A stretch of DNA of 63,723 bases, counting the filler, from Aduncisulcus paluster (Eukaryota), in assembly GCA_024181965.1 (NCBI GenBank). It is 12 parts of 12 records of this genome, joined end to end, with 100 filler letters (N's around TTAATTAATTAA, not from the genome) between each part and the next. Parts side by side here need not be neighbours in the genome. Positions count along the whole stretch, not along the records: positions 11,026 to 13,725 come from BQXS01010116.1; positions 13,826 to 16,043 come from BQXS01010117.1; positions 16,144 to 26,192 come from BQXS01010118.1; 9 more parts are not named here. One strand, 5' to 3'. Of the stretch, positions 11,551 through 23,189 are shown piece after piece. Position numbers and translations under genes: made by a program. The number at the start of each line of letters is the position of its first letter. The first letter of the stretch is position 1. Under the pieces are notes generated by a model. It worked only from the letters and a program-made list of their open reading frames with translations. It had not been told where the DNA came from and searched no databases.

Positions 11551-12134
11551 TGTCCATTTTATCCACCCGTCAAGAGAGGACAGCCATCCGAATCACTGTC
11601 TGTATGCTGTACTATACTACCATTGGCTTGACTATTTAGTACGTACAGCTGTACGAATGATTTCAATTCTATTCAACAATAAAAATTCTTTATAAGGAGA
11701 ATGAGTATAACTTATGCTCTGAAGAGTCTGAAAAATTCGAATTCTTGCAAGAAACCGGGAAACCATTTTTATTTTGAGTAGGCTACTCACCGTTCGTGTG
11801 TATCTCGTAGGCCTGGTTTGGTATAGATAATGGGCAGATTTAAGGTTTTATTGGTGACTTCCGACTTCATCTATAGTCTCTATAGATCAGCTGCTCATGC
11901 TCTTCCCATACCGTTCTCCGAGATTATGAGCCTTTTTCTCACTTCTTCTTACGTCCTACACCTATGTGTCCAACTATCTTCCAAAACTCCGCTAGGAGAA
12001 AAAATATTTTGTAATAAAGGAATACTATTAGTGTAGTACACTTCCTGACAGTTTTTATTACCAGGCCATACAACAATAAAGCTTCATTCTTTTGAGTGAT
12101 TAATTTCAAATTAATAATTATTATTATTAAAGTT

Positions 12135-13196
12135 TTATTCACCCCTCGCCTGTTGTCTTGCCTTTTTAAAATCACTGTGTCCGTATGCATCCTCCGTCAT
12201 GTCAACTCCTTCATCTTTCTTTTCTTCTTCCCCAATGTGAACACTCTGAGCCAATTTCTGAGTGGAGATTGAACTATCGTCCATGCGTGCTGTTGATGAT
12301 CTCGCCATTCTACTATTTCCAATCATGTCCGCTGTCCGCTTGGCAATCATTACTTGTTTGAGGACATCCACAAGATGATGTTTCTCGTCAATATCTTTCT
12401 GTGCAGGTATGTTAGGTGTAAGAGGAGTTTGTCCAGCCATTAAATGTGGAGATGAGGACATCGGTGCCATTGAACTTGGCGACATAATAGATTGCTGATG
12501 AGAAGAAGTAGAAGTTGTTCCTCTTGGAACCATAAGACTCCTAGACAGAGAATGAGGGTGAACGACGGATGAAGGTTGTTGAAATCTTATATAAGAGGGC
12601 GAGGAAGTGGCATGGAATGAATCAGCAACACCTGAGGGCTGGCCTTGAGCCATTGAAAAGAACTGTTCCCCATGAGTTTCCATCCAATCTTGCTCTTCAC
12701 GGATGGCAGCTTTTCTACGCTCAGATTCAAGGGCAGCCTTTTGGGCGGCAGTCTTAAATTCATCTTTAATCTTATCAATTGCAATATGGTGCTTGGTTTT
12801 CTCAGATTCCATTTTTAACTTCAAATTTCTAAGCTCGGTGTTACTCTCTCTTACAATTCGATCCCTTTCAGTCTCAACCTCAGAAATTTTTTGGATAAGC
12901 TCCTGTTTCTCGTCTTCATACTGTTGTTTAGTTCGAAATTGAGAAGCAAATTCTGCATGATATCCTTTAAGCTCATCACCCATCTGGCGAACGTGTTCAG
13001 TAAATTTATCGTGCACTTTTTTTAAGTCATGCTCTGTAGATTGCACTTTGCTAGTAAAATCTTTTAGGGAAGACAGATTTGACTGACCTTTCAGAACCAT
13101 CTTATGTAATTTCAAAAGTTCAACAACTAACTTCCCCAATATGGCGGTGAGAACAATTAATATATACGCTACAATGATATTCTTGTAAACACCCAT
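12135..13196 (-). CDS. Coiled-coil protein with an N-terminal hydrophobic segment
   Basis: Long ORF with ATG at 13196, the hydrophobic stretch IIVAYILIVLTAILG, and a heptad-rich middle region. Confidence 0.7.
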   Translation of the reverse strand: MGVYKNIIVAYILIVLTAILGKLVVELLKLHKMVLKGQSNLSSLKDFTSKVQSTEHDLKKVHDKFTEHVRQMGDELKGYHAEFASQFRTKQQYEDEKQELIQKISEVETERDRIVRESNTELRNLKLKMESEKTKHHIAIDKIKDEFKTAAQKAALESERRKAAIREEQDWMETHGEQFFSMAQGQPSGVADSFHATSSPSYIRFQQPSSVVHPHSLSRSLMVPRGTTSTSSHQQSIMSPSSMAPMSSSPHLMAGQTPLTPNIPAQKDIDEKHHLVDVLKQVMIAKRTADMIGNSRMARSSTARMDDSSISTQKLAQSVHIGEEEKKDEGVDMTEDAYGHSDFKKARQQARGE

Positions 13197-13402
13197 CTTA
13201 TTTCTTCTGTATAGTAACAAAAATCTAAAAGTTTGGGAATTGAGCGTTTCTATCTTACTATGTTAACAAATCGTATGACATAACGATTTATTGTGGATAT
13301 ATAACATAATCAAATATAATTCTTCTCCATATTTGCATTAACAAGCGATTTCCAAAAAAAAGTATTAAAAAGGTGGAATTTTGGCACACTGTTATATTTT
13401 GA

Positions 13403-13725
13403 ATGGAAAGATTAATTATTGACCGCATAGAAATGCGGAATTTTAAATCCTATGCGGGATTGCACACTCTAGGGCCGTTCCACAAGGTATGTTCCATATC
13501 TTTGCTAATCTTGATATGCAAGATACTTTATTGTTTGAACTTTTCATATGAATCACTGACCATTAAATTTTATGCATTTATTATCTTATTATCTTCCCAT
13601 AATTCCCTCTTCTTTTCCATTATCACTTTTCTATATGTTTCATGCGATACAACAATCTATTTTAGCGATTTAGTGCGATTGTAGGTCCCAATGGAAGTGG
13701 AAAAAGTAATGTAATTGATGCTATT
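13403..13725 (+). CDS. SMC4: Condensin subunit SMC4, 5' part; exons 13403-13486 and 13666-13725
   Basis: The spliced translation is RLIIDRIEMRNFKSYAG..LGPFHK|RFSAIVGPNGSGKSNVIDAI, which includes the Walker A motif. Confidence 0.9.
13487..13665 (+). other. Spliceosomal intron, 179 nt, phase 0
   Basis: GTATGT...TTTTAG; removing it restores the SMC4 Walker A region. Confidence 0.9.
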
Positions 13726-14306
13726 NNNNNNNNNNNNNNNNNNNNNNNNNNNNNNNNNNNNNNNNNNNNTTAATTAATTAANNNNNNNNNNNNNNNNNNN
13801 NNNNNNNNNNNNNNNNNNNNNNNNNAGCGATGGATGAGGAATCATCCAAACCTGTTGGAAATACTGTTGGGTTTAATTTTATTCTTGGAGCTCGTACTCA
13901 ACCTCAATCGGCCTTTTCGGGTGGGTCGGGTGTCAGAATGCCTTGTCCAAGAATGTTGCAAGAGATGACTCATTACCATGATCGTACCGTTGGTATACAT
14001 CTTGAAGAAGATGAGATTTAAGACGGGTTTTCATAAATGATCGAGGCAATATTTCGATTTCTATTTTTTTGTTTTTTCAACGCATCAAAAAATATTATTC
14101 AAGTTATAAACTATAATTGGTGTGAGTGGATCTTATCTAATTTGATAATAATAAGTTATTATTATTATTAACTGATTATAAATTGCAACGATAAGTAAAT
14201 ATATAGATAATATTTTTAGATTAAAATACATCTCATATTTCAGGATTGGGACGAAGACAATGGTGAGAATAGGAAAATTAAAAACGTTTGAGGCGAGAAG
14301 AAATAG

Positions 14307-15599
14307 TTATCGAGACTTACCATATTGTTTGATCTTCATTCGAATAATTTCCTCCTCAGTTGGACATTTCCACCCTTCTCCAATCTTGGGGAGCAGAGCT
14401 TTAATGGATTGAATTTTATCACAGGCTTCATGTACACGCATGCGAGAATGAACATCACATCGCGTGAGACCTTTAAACACTTCATTTAGACAATCATGCA
14501 CAGGCTTGAATTTCCCATCTTCAATGGTCTCGAGGGATCTGAAGAGACGCGATCTAGTCAACATGCCTTCTACTATATCACTTTCAAGCAACTCAGACAT
14601 AATGTACATATATTCCACGCTAGATATACTCTGAGAGCATTGAAATAATGGATGACCAATAAAGGGATGTTTACACAAGAACAAGGCAAGGATAGACATT
14701 CCAAGAGAATGAGCATCACTGAGTTGCGTGCTTTCGCCGAATTTAAGCGTTTCGAAAGATGAATATGAAAAAGTCCCAGCATATGACTGCGGTGAACTCT
14801 CTGCTTCAGATAGAACACCTGAATCCATAGGATCAGCAGAAATTGAGGACACAGAAGAAAAGCTTACCGAGTTTGATGAACTCGAGATGGACTCTTTGAT
14901 ATTGGCAAGACCAAGGTCAGCAAGGACAATATTACACTCTCCATCAGTGGGGTTAACACGAACAAGGAAGTTCTCAGGTTTAATATCTCGATGGACAAGA
15001 CGTCTTGATGCCTTAAACACATCAGCAAGGCATTCAATCATCCCAACACATAATGAAGCCACTTTCACAGGATTAAGTGTCAAGGGATCAAAATCTCGAG
15101 CAAAGACATCACTATCAGAGCTCGATTCATAATCTTCTTCTCCTTCATCAGCACTCTCATCCTTGACATCAACACACCAAGTCTTAGCAAATGCGCTCAC
15201 ACTGCCTCCGGCACAAAATTCCATCAGGAATCCATACACGCCCGTGAAATCAGCATCAAGGCAATCTAGAACATACAAAGGTCGTGGAATACGATGGAAA
15301 CATCTGTGATTCATAAATAGCCTATGTTGAATCAGAAACTCCCCATAACAAGATGCAACAACCATTTCATCTGCAGTGCTAAGCATCTTCTTTAAAACGC
15401 AAAGTTGCGGAAGTTGGGCAATTTTTACAAGAGAAATTTCTCCAAATCCGCCTTTTCCAAGTAAACATTTGGATTCAACTCCTGCAAGGCTGGTGAGAGT
15501 GAATTCGTTTCCACTTCGCAAGGAATGAATTGCTCGCAACGATTCTTCCTTTTTACGTTTTGATTTAGAAGATAAACCTAATATGAAGTCTCTTCCCAT
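14307..15599 (-). CDS. Ser/Thr protein kinase
   Basis: Motifs LGKGGFG, VLKK, HRDIKPEN, DLG, GTFSYSSFE and SDAHSLG. Confidence 0.9.
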   Translation of the reverse strand: MGRDFILGLSSKSKRKKEESLRAIHSLRSGNEFTLTSLAGVESKCLLGKGGFGEISLVKIAQLPQLCVLKKMLSTADEMVVASCYGEFLIQHRLFMNHRCFHRIPRPLYVLDCLDADFTGVYGFLMEFCAGGSVSAFAKTWCVDVKDESADEGEEDYESSSDSDVFARDFDPLTLNPVKVASLCVGMIECLADVFKASRRLVHRDIKPENFLVRVNPTDGECNIVLADLGLANIKESISSSSNSVSFSSVSSISADPMDSGVLSEAESSPQSYAGTFSYSSFETLKFGESTQLSDAHSLGMSILALFLCKHPFIGHPLFQCSQSISSVEYMYIMSELLESDIVEGMLTRSRLFRSLETIEDGKFKPVHDCLNEVFKGLTRCDVHSRMRVHEACDKIQSIKALLPKIGEGWKCPTEEEIIRMKIKQYGKSR

Positions 15600-16143
15600 A
15601 AAATTTGGTGATAAATCAATATATTAACAACAATAAAAATATTTGAATGTTTTTTATACAAATAAAAAGACTTAATGGGTCCAATTAATAGGCCAAATGT
15701 TATCAAAACACAAAGAATATTTTGTCATGCTCGAACGAAGTTAATTCTCTTTTCCTGAAAACAATTCTGTTAATTATTCATATTTATTTTGGCATTTCCG
15801 AATTTTCTCCTTCAATTTATTGAATATTTGAGTTTTCGAGATCAATATTTTTTTTTTCTCCATCACAACTGGATAAAGGTGCCAAAAAAAAACATAGGCC
15901 ATCTTTCTGGTCAGAAACTCCACTATGAACGTGTCACATATATATGCTTATCACGAATACATATATCACACCCAGTGGTTTGGACACACAAAGTAAAGAT
16001 ATCCTCTCGTCTTCCCGAGTATTCAATACTAAAGAAGTTCTTTNNNNNNNNNNNNNNNNNNNNNNNNNNNNNNNNNNNNNNNNNNNNTTAATTAATTAAN
16101 NNNNNNNNNNNNNNNNNNNNNNNNNNNNNNNNNNNNNNNNNNN

Positions 16144-19100
16144 CTTTGAGGCTTCAGAAGATGATTCAGAGGAACCCATCGGTTTTGGAGATAACTTTGT
16201 CTCAGGTTTGGTTTCACCAAAAATCCTTGGTGTCTCAGAGGAATAAAGATCATGGTCGATTAATACAGTCTGATTTTCCTCTTTCTGCTTTTCTTCCTTC
16301 TTCCTCTTTTTCTCCTCCTCGATTTTTCTCCTTTCCTTTTCTTCTTCTCTCCTTCTTTCATCTTCCCTTTTTTTAATTTCCTCTTGCTTCTTCTTTTCTT
16401 CCTCCTGTTTCCGTCTCTCTTCTTCTTCTTGTTTTCTTTTCTCTTCTCTCTTCTTTTCTTCTTGTTTTCTCTTCTCTTCTCTCTTCTTTTCTTCTTCCTC
16501 TCTCCTTCTCTTTTCTTCTCCACTCCTTCTCCTTTCCTCATTCTCTCTCTCTTTGGTTTTCTCCCGAATCCTTCTTTCTTCATCATCAACCATCCTTTTC
16601 CTCTCCTCTTCACGCAATCTCCGTTCCTCTCTCTCAACTTTCTCTTCTTCTTCATCCCACTTCCGCTCAATCTCCATTTCTGCTTCTTCCACTTCCATAT
16701 TAAAATCACACACGCTTGCATCCAAACAAGACAGGAATTCCATCTTGCGAGCAGTCGGAATACTCACAACCATAGCAACACTCGACGTGGACGTGACACA
16801 GGAAGATATCAGTGACAAATGTTGTTGAAGGCAAAAGGCCCAGTATCTGTTCCGAGAGAAATCGAATAAAACATGTTTGGCATCATGGGGACACAAATCT
16901 ATCCGAAGTCGACCATCATAAGGAACAATGCAGATAATCGAGCCTTTGATCCCCAAGGCCGATCGTTTCCGAAAGAAGACTCCCTTTTGTTCGACAGAAA
17001 TAAACACTTTCTGCCAATTATCCTCAGCCAGAGGAAGTAACGAATTCAAGGAAAAAGGCTCATCGGCAGCAGCCGGAACTGTGACCGGCGAATGGAGAAA
17101 CATCTTACCTTTAAATGAAGAGAGAAAAGTAGGAAGTGGACTATACGATGGAGGGAATGCCAAAGGCAGTGCAATAGGTGCAGTACGAAGCAATCTTTTC
17201 TTCTCTTCCTTTCTCCGTTTCCTCCTCTCCTCTCTGCGCTGTTCCCTCTGAATTTCAAGTCTTCTCTCCTCTCTCCTCTTCTCCTCATTCCTCTCCTCCT
17301 CACTCCGCTCCATCGAATCCAGTTCAACCTGTTCAATCACATCCGAATCATAGTTGGCCTCTTTCTCACTGCTCTCCGTGGAGGCAAAGGAAGGTAAGAA
17401 TGGAGAGGACGAAGGAGATGGAATGATGACCTCCGAGAGATTGTGTATAATTGCCGTGCCAGTATCATTTTCAGCAGTACATTCATCATTAGTGGAAGGG
17501 TGGAGGAATTCAGATGCAGTACGGGTTTCCAGGGAAACACTCTTCTCATCTCCAACAATGGGTCGACTTTCTTCATCTTTTTCAGAAGAACCTTCGTGCT
17601 CATCAATTAAGGTTTCATCTTGATCTTCTTGCACTCTCTCCTCTTCTTGCCTCTCTTCCTCCTTTTCTGTTCCAATTATTTCCCCCATATTTTCTTTATC
17701 TTTCGTTATATTAACTTCTGTACTTCCCACCTTAACAATTCCCCTAGTTTCTATTACAAGAGAATCTGAAGGAATATTTGAGGCGGATTCCTTCTTTTCT
17801 TGGGCTTCTTCAATATCTCTTGCAGGAGACGATACAATAGGGACTTCGATTGGAACAAAATGATGCCCAACTTCGATATTTTGAGTCAAGGGCGAAGATA
17901 TTTTCTTCTTGGAGAAATCACTGGCTTTCTTACTTGGTTGAGTTGGAAGCTGAGGGGAAAAAGTAACATTCAAGGAAGTTTTATGATCTATTTTTGGATC
18001 TTTCTCAGCAGTTCTAACAACAACATCTGGCTTAAGAAGTTCTTTGGATTGCAATGATTTCCAAAAAGCAGACTCAATTGAATCACTCATTATCATTTTC
18101 TCACATTGATCTAAAAATAGACTTTTTGATGATTCTAATTTTAAATTTACCATAAGAACCGGTTCTTTTTGTCCCTTAACATGTTTCAATCCCTTTATAT
18201 ATTTCTCTTTCCCATAATCCTTCCCAAGCCTTCTAAATTGATGCCTTGCACCTTGTTCTTCCAAATAAAGGCCAGAATATGCAATAGTTTGCTTCATGTA
18301 CTCTTCTGATACCTTATTTTCAAGGGAATCATCCTCACCCAGGATATGTAGCAGCTCTGTCTGAAGATCCATGCACAAAGAAGAAGATATCTCTTCCGGA
18401 ACCATAGGTTTGGGGTGTTTTGATAAAAGATCTCGCACTGCAGACTCTGTTAGTAATGGGGCAGATAGAAGTGATATTGTCGAGACCTGAGAAAGTGGAA
18501 TCTCTCTTGTACTTCGCCAAAGATCCACCAATTGTAACACATCTCCCTGTTGAAGTGGAANNNNNNNNNNNNNNNNNNNNAGCAGCTCTGTCTGAAGATC
18601 CATGCACAAAGAAGAAGATATCTCTTCCGGAACCATAGGTTTGGGGTGTTTTGATAAAAGATCTCGCACTGCAGACTCTGTTAGTAATGGGGCAGATAGA
18701 AGTGATATTGTCGAGACCTGAGAAAGTGGAATCTCTCTTGTACTTCGCCAAAGATCCACCAATTGTAACACATCTCCCTGTTGAAGTGGAAAAGCATCAA
18801 TATTAAGCATAGATAGGTGTGTAAATGTTTTGCATATTTGATTAAGAACCTTTAATAGCTTAGAACCAGCATCTTTCCTTCGTTTTAATAATTGTTGAGA
18901 TATGAATCTGGATGGAGTCAAGGTCTCCTGAAGATGGGGTGGAATTATGTCAATAAAACAACAAGAGGAAAGCGAAAGAGAAGAGAGATGGGTACATAAT
19001 GAAAGTGAACCATTATCGTTTGGATTTATACTAGGAAAACTAAGGGGAGGGGAAAAACCACGAATTTTAGAAGAATCCTCCGCAATTGATGAAAGACTCT

Positions 19101-19779
19101 GAAAAGATCGAATTGAAGGTGATACATCTATATAAAATGTCTGTTTTCCAGGAACGGATTTCTTGACAGCAGAAACAGGTGAACCAACAAGCCTTTCGAT
19201 TCCACGATATTGTTTTCTTCTGCTCCCGTCATATTTCATTTTTGAATCTTGTGGAATTAGCTCACAACTCATGAAATTAGCAATAGAACAGAGCATATGC
19301 AAGGCACATATAACACCATCAAATCCAAGGGTATTATTGTCAAATATAATATTTTTCACACAAATATTTAATGACATACGTCGATCTCCTGAGAGTTTGA
19401 GACTATGTATCTTATTTTCAGGGAGAAGAATAATTTCTATATATTCATCTAATGTCATTGATCCTTCCATGACTACAGCCCAATATTCATCATAAGAAGG
19501 TATTTTATATCCGAATAATGGACATATAACCATGATAATATCCTTAACACCTATTAATCCACAATGAGAAAAATTCACTTCATCTATTTCAATAATTGAG
19601 TTAATGAATTCAAATGTTTGGGTATTTTTCTTTTGTATATCATGTTTATATTGTATAGCATTGACTTTTGAAGTAATAACATCTTGAATACACTGTGCAA
19701 TATCGAATGTGGAAGAAAATTGGTAATCAGCAAGATTAGCGAGAGGATTATCATCTAAATCAGTAGAATATTGCTCCAT
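16144..19779 (-). CDS. Large hypothetical protein with an LRR-like N-terminus and an E/K/R-rich charged tail; 3'-truncated
   Basis: Long ORF with weak LRR-like segments (VNFSHCGL, IIFDNNTLG, LSLSSCCF). It contains an assembly duplication around gap 18561-18580. Confidence 0.75.
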
Positions 19780-20741
19780 TGTAAAATATTGTTTTGTAAA
19801 ATATCAAAGAGATCACCAATCGTGACGAAAAAGACAAAAATATACCTTTTTTATTCAACGTATACACAATCGTTAATTATTTGATTTCACTCATTAATTG
19901 ACACATGATTATCGTTTATCATTTGATTAATGTCGCCCAAGGCATTAATTCTGAAAAAGATCACAGCAAAAATGGCAAATCAAAGAATCACGATTGGAAT
20001 ACCTCTAAATATAAATAAGAAGTCGAATTCACCAATGGAGAAATCAACTTCTGCCGATTAAATAATCAAATTTCAATAAAAAAAGACTCATAGCTGGTCC
20101 GAGAAGTTAATGCCGCAAGGAATCGTCAAAAACCACACAGCAAAAAGTCATAAAAAAAAATCCAATTGTCATATAAATACAACTGAGAAGGAAAATGATT
20201 ATACCACAAGGTAAATAGAAATTATACTTAAAAAATCCGGGCTTGACATGAAAAGAGCAAAAAAAAAAGAGACAAAAATTATCAAAATCAAAAATAAAAA
20301 TAAAATAAAAGAAATAAAAAACATATATAAAAGCAATATGCAGAAATTATGAACANNNNNNNNNNNNNNNNNNNNCTGCCGATTAAATAATCAAATTTCA
20401 ATAAAAAAAGACTCATAGCTGGTCCGAGAAGTTAATGCCGCAAGGAATCGTCAAAAACCACACAGCAAAAAGTCATAAAAAAAAATCCAATTGTCATATA
20501 AATACAACTGAGAAGGAAAATGATTATACCACAAGGTAAATAGAAATTATACTTAAAAAATCCGGGCTTGACATGAAAAGAGCAAAAAAAAAAGAGACAA
20601 AAATTATCAAAATCAAAAATAAAAATAAAATAAAAGAAATAAAAAACATATATAAAAGCAATATGCAGAAATTATGAACAGAAAAATCAATTTGACATTA
20701 GATAACAGACATAATTTGAAGGGAAATGGTTTGTAAAAAAA

Positions 20742-21392
20742 TTACGAGCTAAACAAGTCCACCCAGCCAACGGCTTCGGTTAGTGAGAGTTTTAAAAATT
20801 TTTCATGATATTTTCTCACGTAACGCCTTGGAATCAACACTCTGTATTCTAATGTGTCAAGAAAGACTAGCTCGGCTTGCATTAAAAGTTTTGGCTCAAA
20901 TCCAGTGAGTTTATACCAAGATTTGAGAGTATATTGACGATCAGCAAACATCTTACAACTCATGATGCATGAAATAACTAAAACAAGAGTTGGATTCAAA
21001 TTAATTTTGGAAGAGCCACGCGCTTTGGCTGATTTAACAATGTTTGCATAGAAGATATCATTCAAAGCACAAGCATGAGCAAGTTCGAAAGAAGATAACC
21101 TTCCAACAACTGAAATATTTTTGAGTACCCTATTTAAATCTTTTGGAGACGATTTATCTTTTATACAGAAAGGATATGGTATTAACGAATCATCCTCGAT
21201 ACTTCTACATTCTTCAGAACTTGAATCATCGCAAACCAGCTCTTCAGAATGAGATCCGACAACATCAAGGAAATCGTGATAACGGGACGTAAGCTTTTTC
21301 TCCATTTGATGAATGTTCATATTATACAGATATTTCCGGTCACTATCCTTTTGAGTCTGACAAATACAATTTTCACCTCTCTTTTTTCTCAT
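20742..21392 (-). CDS. Cyclin-like protein, PHO80/P-type; the true start may be downstream
   Basis: ISCIMSCKMFADRQY..KSWYKLTG....LMQAELVFLDTLEYRV matches the cyclin box of PHO80-like cyclins. Confidence 0.7.
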   Translation of the reverse strand: MRKKRGENCICQTQKDSDRKYLYNMNIHQMEKKLTSRYHDFLDVVGSHSEELVCDDSSSEECRSIEDDSLIPYPFCIKDKSSPKDLNRVLKNISVVGRLSSFELAHACALNDIFYANIVKSAKARGSSKINLNPTLVLVISCIMSCKMFADRQYTLKSWYKLTGFEPKLLMQAELVFLDTLEYRVLIPRRYVRKYHEKFLKLSLTEAVGWVDLFSS

Positions 21393-21704
21393 TATAGTTT
21401 TAGTTAAATTCCAGAAGACAAATTCATTTTTACTCCATTATGAATGATGAAAATAAATTTTATTTTCAGATAAAATCTCTTCTAATAAAGTGAATGGGTC
21501 GATCGAGCATTTTTCAACATTCTGTGAGAAATTTATTTATTTTCAACAGTCAAATTTACACAAAAAAATATGTTATTTATTCCGCTCAAGTTCAATATTC
21601 GTTATTATCCTTCTTTGAAGAGATAAGTGACAAGCAAAAAAAAATATCTTGTCACCGACAATAATATGACTAACATAAAACGAAAGTTAATTCCAAATCA
21701 TAAC

Positions 21705-22976
21705 TTATTTCGTTCTAACACATTTTCCACTTTTAAAAACTTGTTTAATCGGCAAGAATTGATCCATTCCCCATTGAACAATAAGACTTTCCCAGCAAGG
21801 AGCTTCCAACACAAGGAAATCTGCCACCTTCCCTTCTTCAAGAGATCCATGAGTTTCACTCTTTCCAATAGCCCAGGCAGCATTAATAGTTCCACTCATG
21901 AGAGCCTCTTCACAGGACATTTTATAAAATACACAGGCTTGATGAAGGGTTAATGGAAGAGATAAAGTCGGCTGACCGGCATTATGGTCGGTAGCAATGG
22001 CAAGAGGAACACCACCAGATATTAAGGCACGAGCTGGAGCATGTTCAAGTCTCAACATATAACTAGTTGTCGGAAGCACAACGGCTGAGGTATGAACTTT
22101 AGCCATCATCTCAATACCTTTGGGACTAACTTTTTCACAATGAGACATGGCTCTTGCACCGAGTTCTCCGGCCAATTCACCAGATTTAGTGTAATTCAAT
22201 TCATCACCATGGAAATTAATTAGCATACCATGATCTTTTCCAGCTTGGAGAATACGTTTCGAATGTTCAAGTTCAAAGATACCTTTTTCACAAAATACAT
22301 CAACCATTATTGAAGGCAATATTTCTCCCTTTTCTTGCAAATTCTTGATTTTTGGAATAGTGGAAGTCACAATTTTTTCAGTTGCAGAATCAGCCGTTTC
22401 ACCAACTGGAACACTATGAGCGCCAAGATATGTACCCACAACATCAATATCGTGCTCATCGCATACTTCTTTCATAAGGCGGAGTTGACGGATTTCTTCC
22501 TCTTCAATAAGACCATATCCTGTTTTAATCTCGGCTAATGTAGTCCCAAGAGATAGCATTTGATCCAAACGTTTCTTTAAAAGGGCCTTTAATTTTTCAT
22601 CAGAAGCTGAATGTGTGTGACGAACAGTAAAACCAATCCCTCCACCCATTTCATGAACTTCCATGTACGTAGCACCTCTTAATTTCATTGACATTTCTTT
22701 CGAGCGATCCCCATCCCAAATTGGATGAGTATGACAATCAACCAAACCAGGCATGATAATCTTATCAGATGCATCAAAAATATCAAAGTCCATTTCTTCA
22801 GGGTATTTTGCCCTAAAGGAAGACGCTGTTCCAACAAATTCAATTCTTCCATCAGCCACAACCATATACCCATTCTCAATTACGGCTATATTATTCATAT
22901 CATCGCCACAAACAAAGGGTTGCTTTTTATCAACAACTTGAACAAGTTGTTTTGCATTCTTGATGAGTAACTTCAT
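21705..22976 (-). CDS. hutI: Imidazolonepropionase (HutI/AMDHD1)
   Basis: Motifs PGLVDCHTHP, GATYMEVHEMGGGI, GTTLAEIKTGYGL, DVFCEKG, FHGDEL, ATDHN and GSLEEGKVADF. Confidence 0.95.
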   Translation of the reverse strand: MKLLIKNAKQLVQVVDKKQPFVCGDDMNNIAVIENGYMVVADGRIEFVGTASSFRAKYPEEMDFDIFDASDKIIMPGLVDCHTHPIWDGDRSKEMSMKLRGATYMEVHEMGGGIGFTVRHTHSASDEKLKALLKKRLDQMLSLGTTLAEIKTGYGLIEEEEIRQLRLMKEVCDEHDIDVVGTYLGAHSVPVGETADSATEKIVTSTIPKIKNLQEKGEILPSIMVDVFCEKGIFELEHSKRILQAGKDHGMLINFHGDELNYTKSGELAGELGARAMSHCEKVSPKGIEMMAKVHTSAVVLPTTSYMLRLEHAPARALISGGVPLAIATDHNAGQPTLSLPLTLHQACVFYKMSCEEALMSGTINAAWAIGKSETHGSLEEGKVADFLVLEAPCWESLIVQWGMDQFLPIKQVFKSGKCVRTK

Positions 22977-23189
22977 ACAAATATGATGTCAAAACAGCCA
23001 TAATCATTTTGACTTCGAGTGACATTGTAAACGGACAAAACCAAAGAGAAGAAATATTATAATCTCTTATAAAAATACGAATTCCAGAAATTTAAAGGGA
23101 TAAATCCCAGAAACAAACGATTTAGAAAATCAATGTTTTTCCAAAATCGTTTTCTTGATAACTTTTTAATATTCAGAAAAATTGTTGGA

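Noticed and set aside
16260-16700. Long purine/pyrimidine-skewed tracts (also 8107-8180 and 60821-60880)
   Set aside because: They encode low-complexity E/K/R-rich protein segments and are not CRISPR arrays or satellites.
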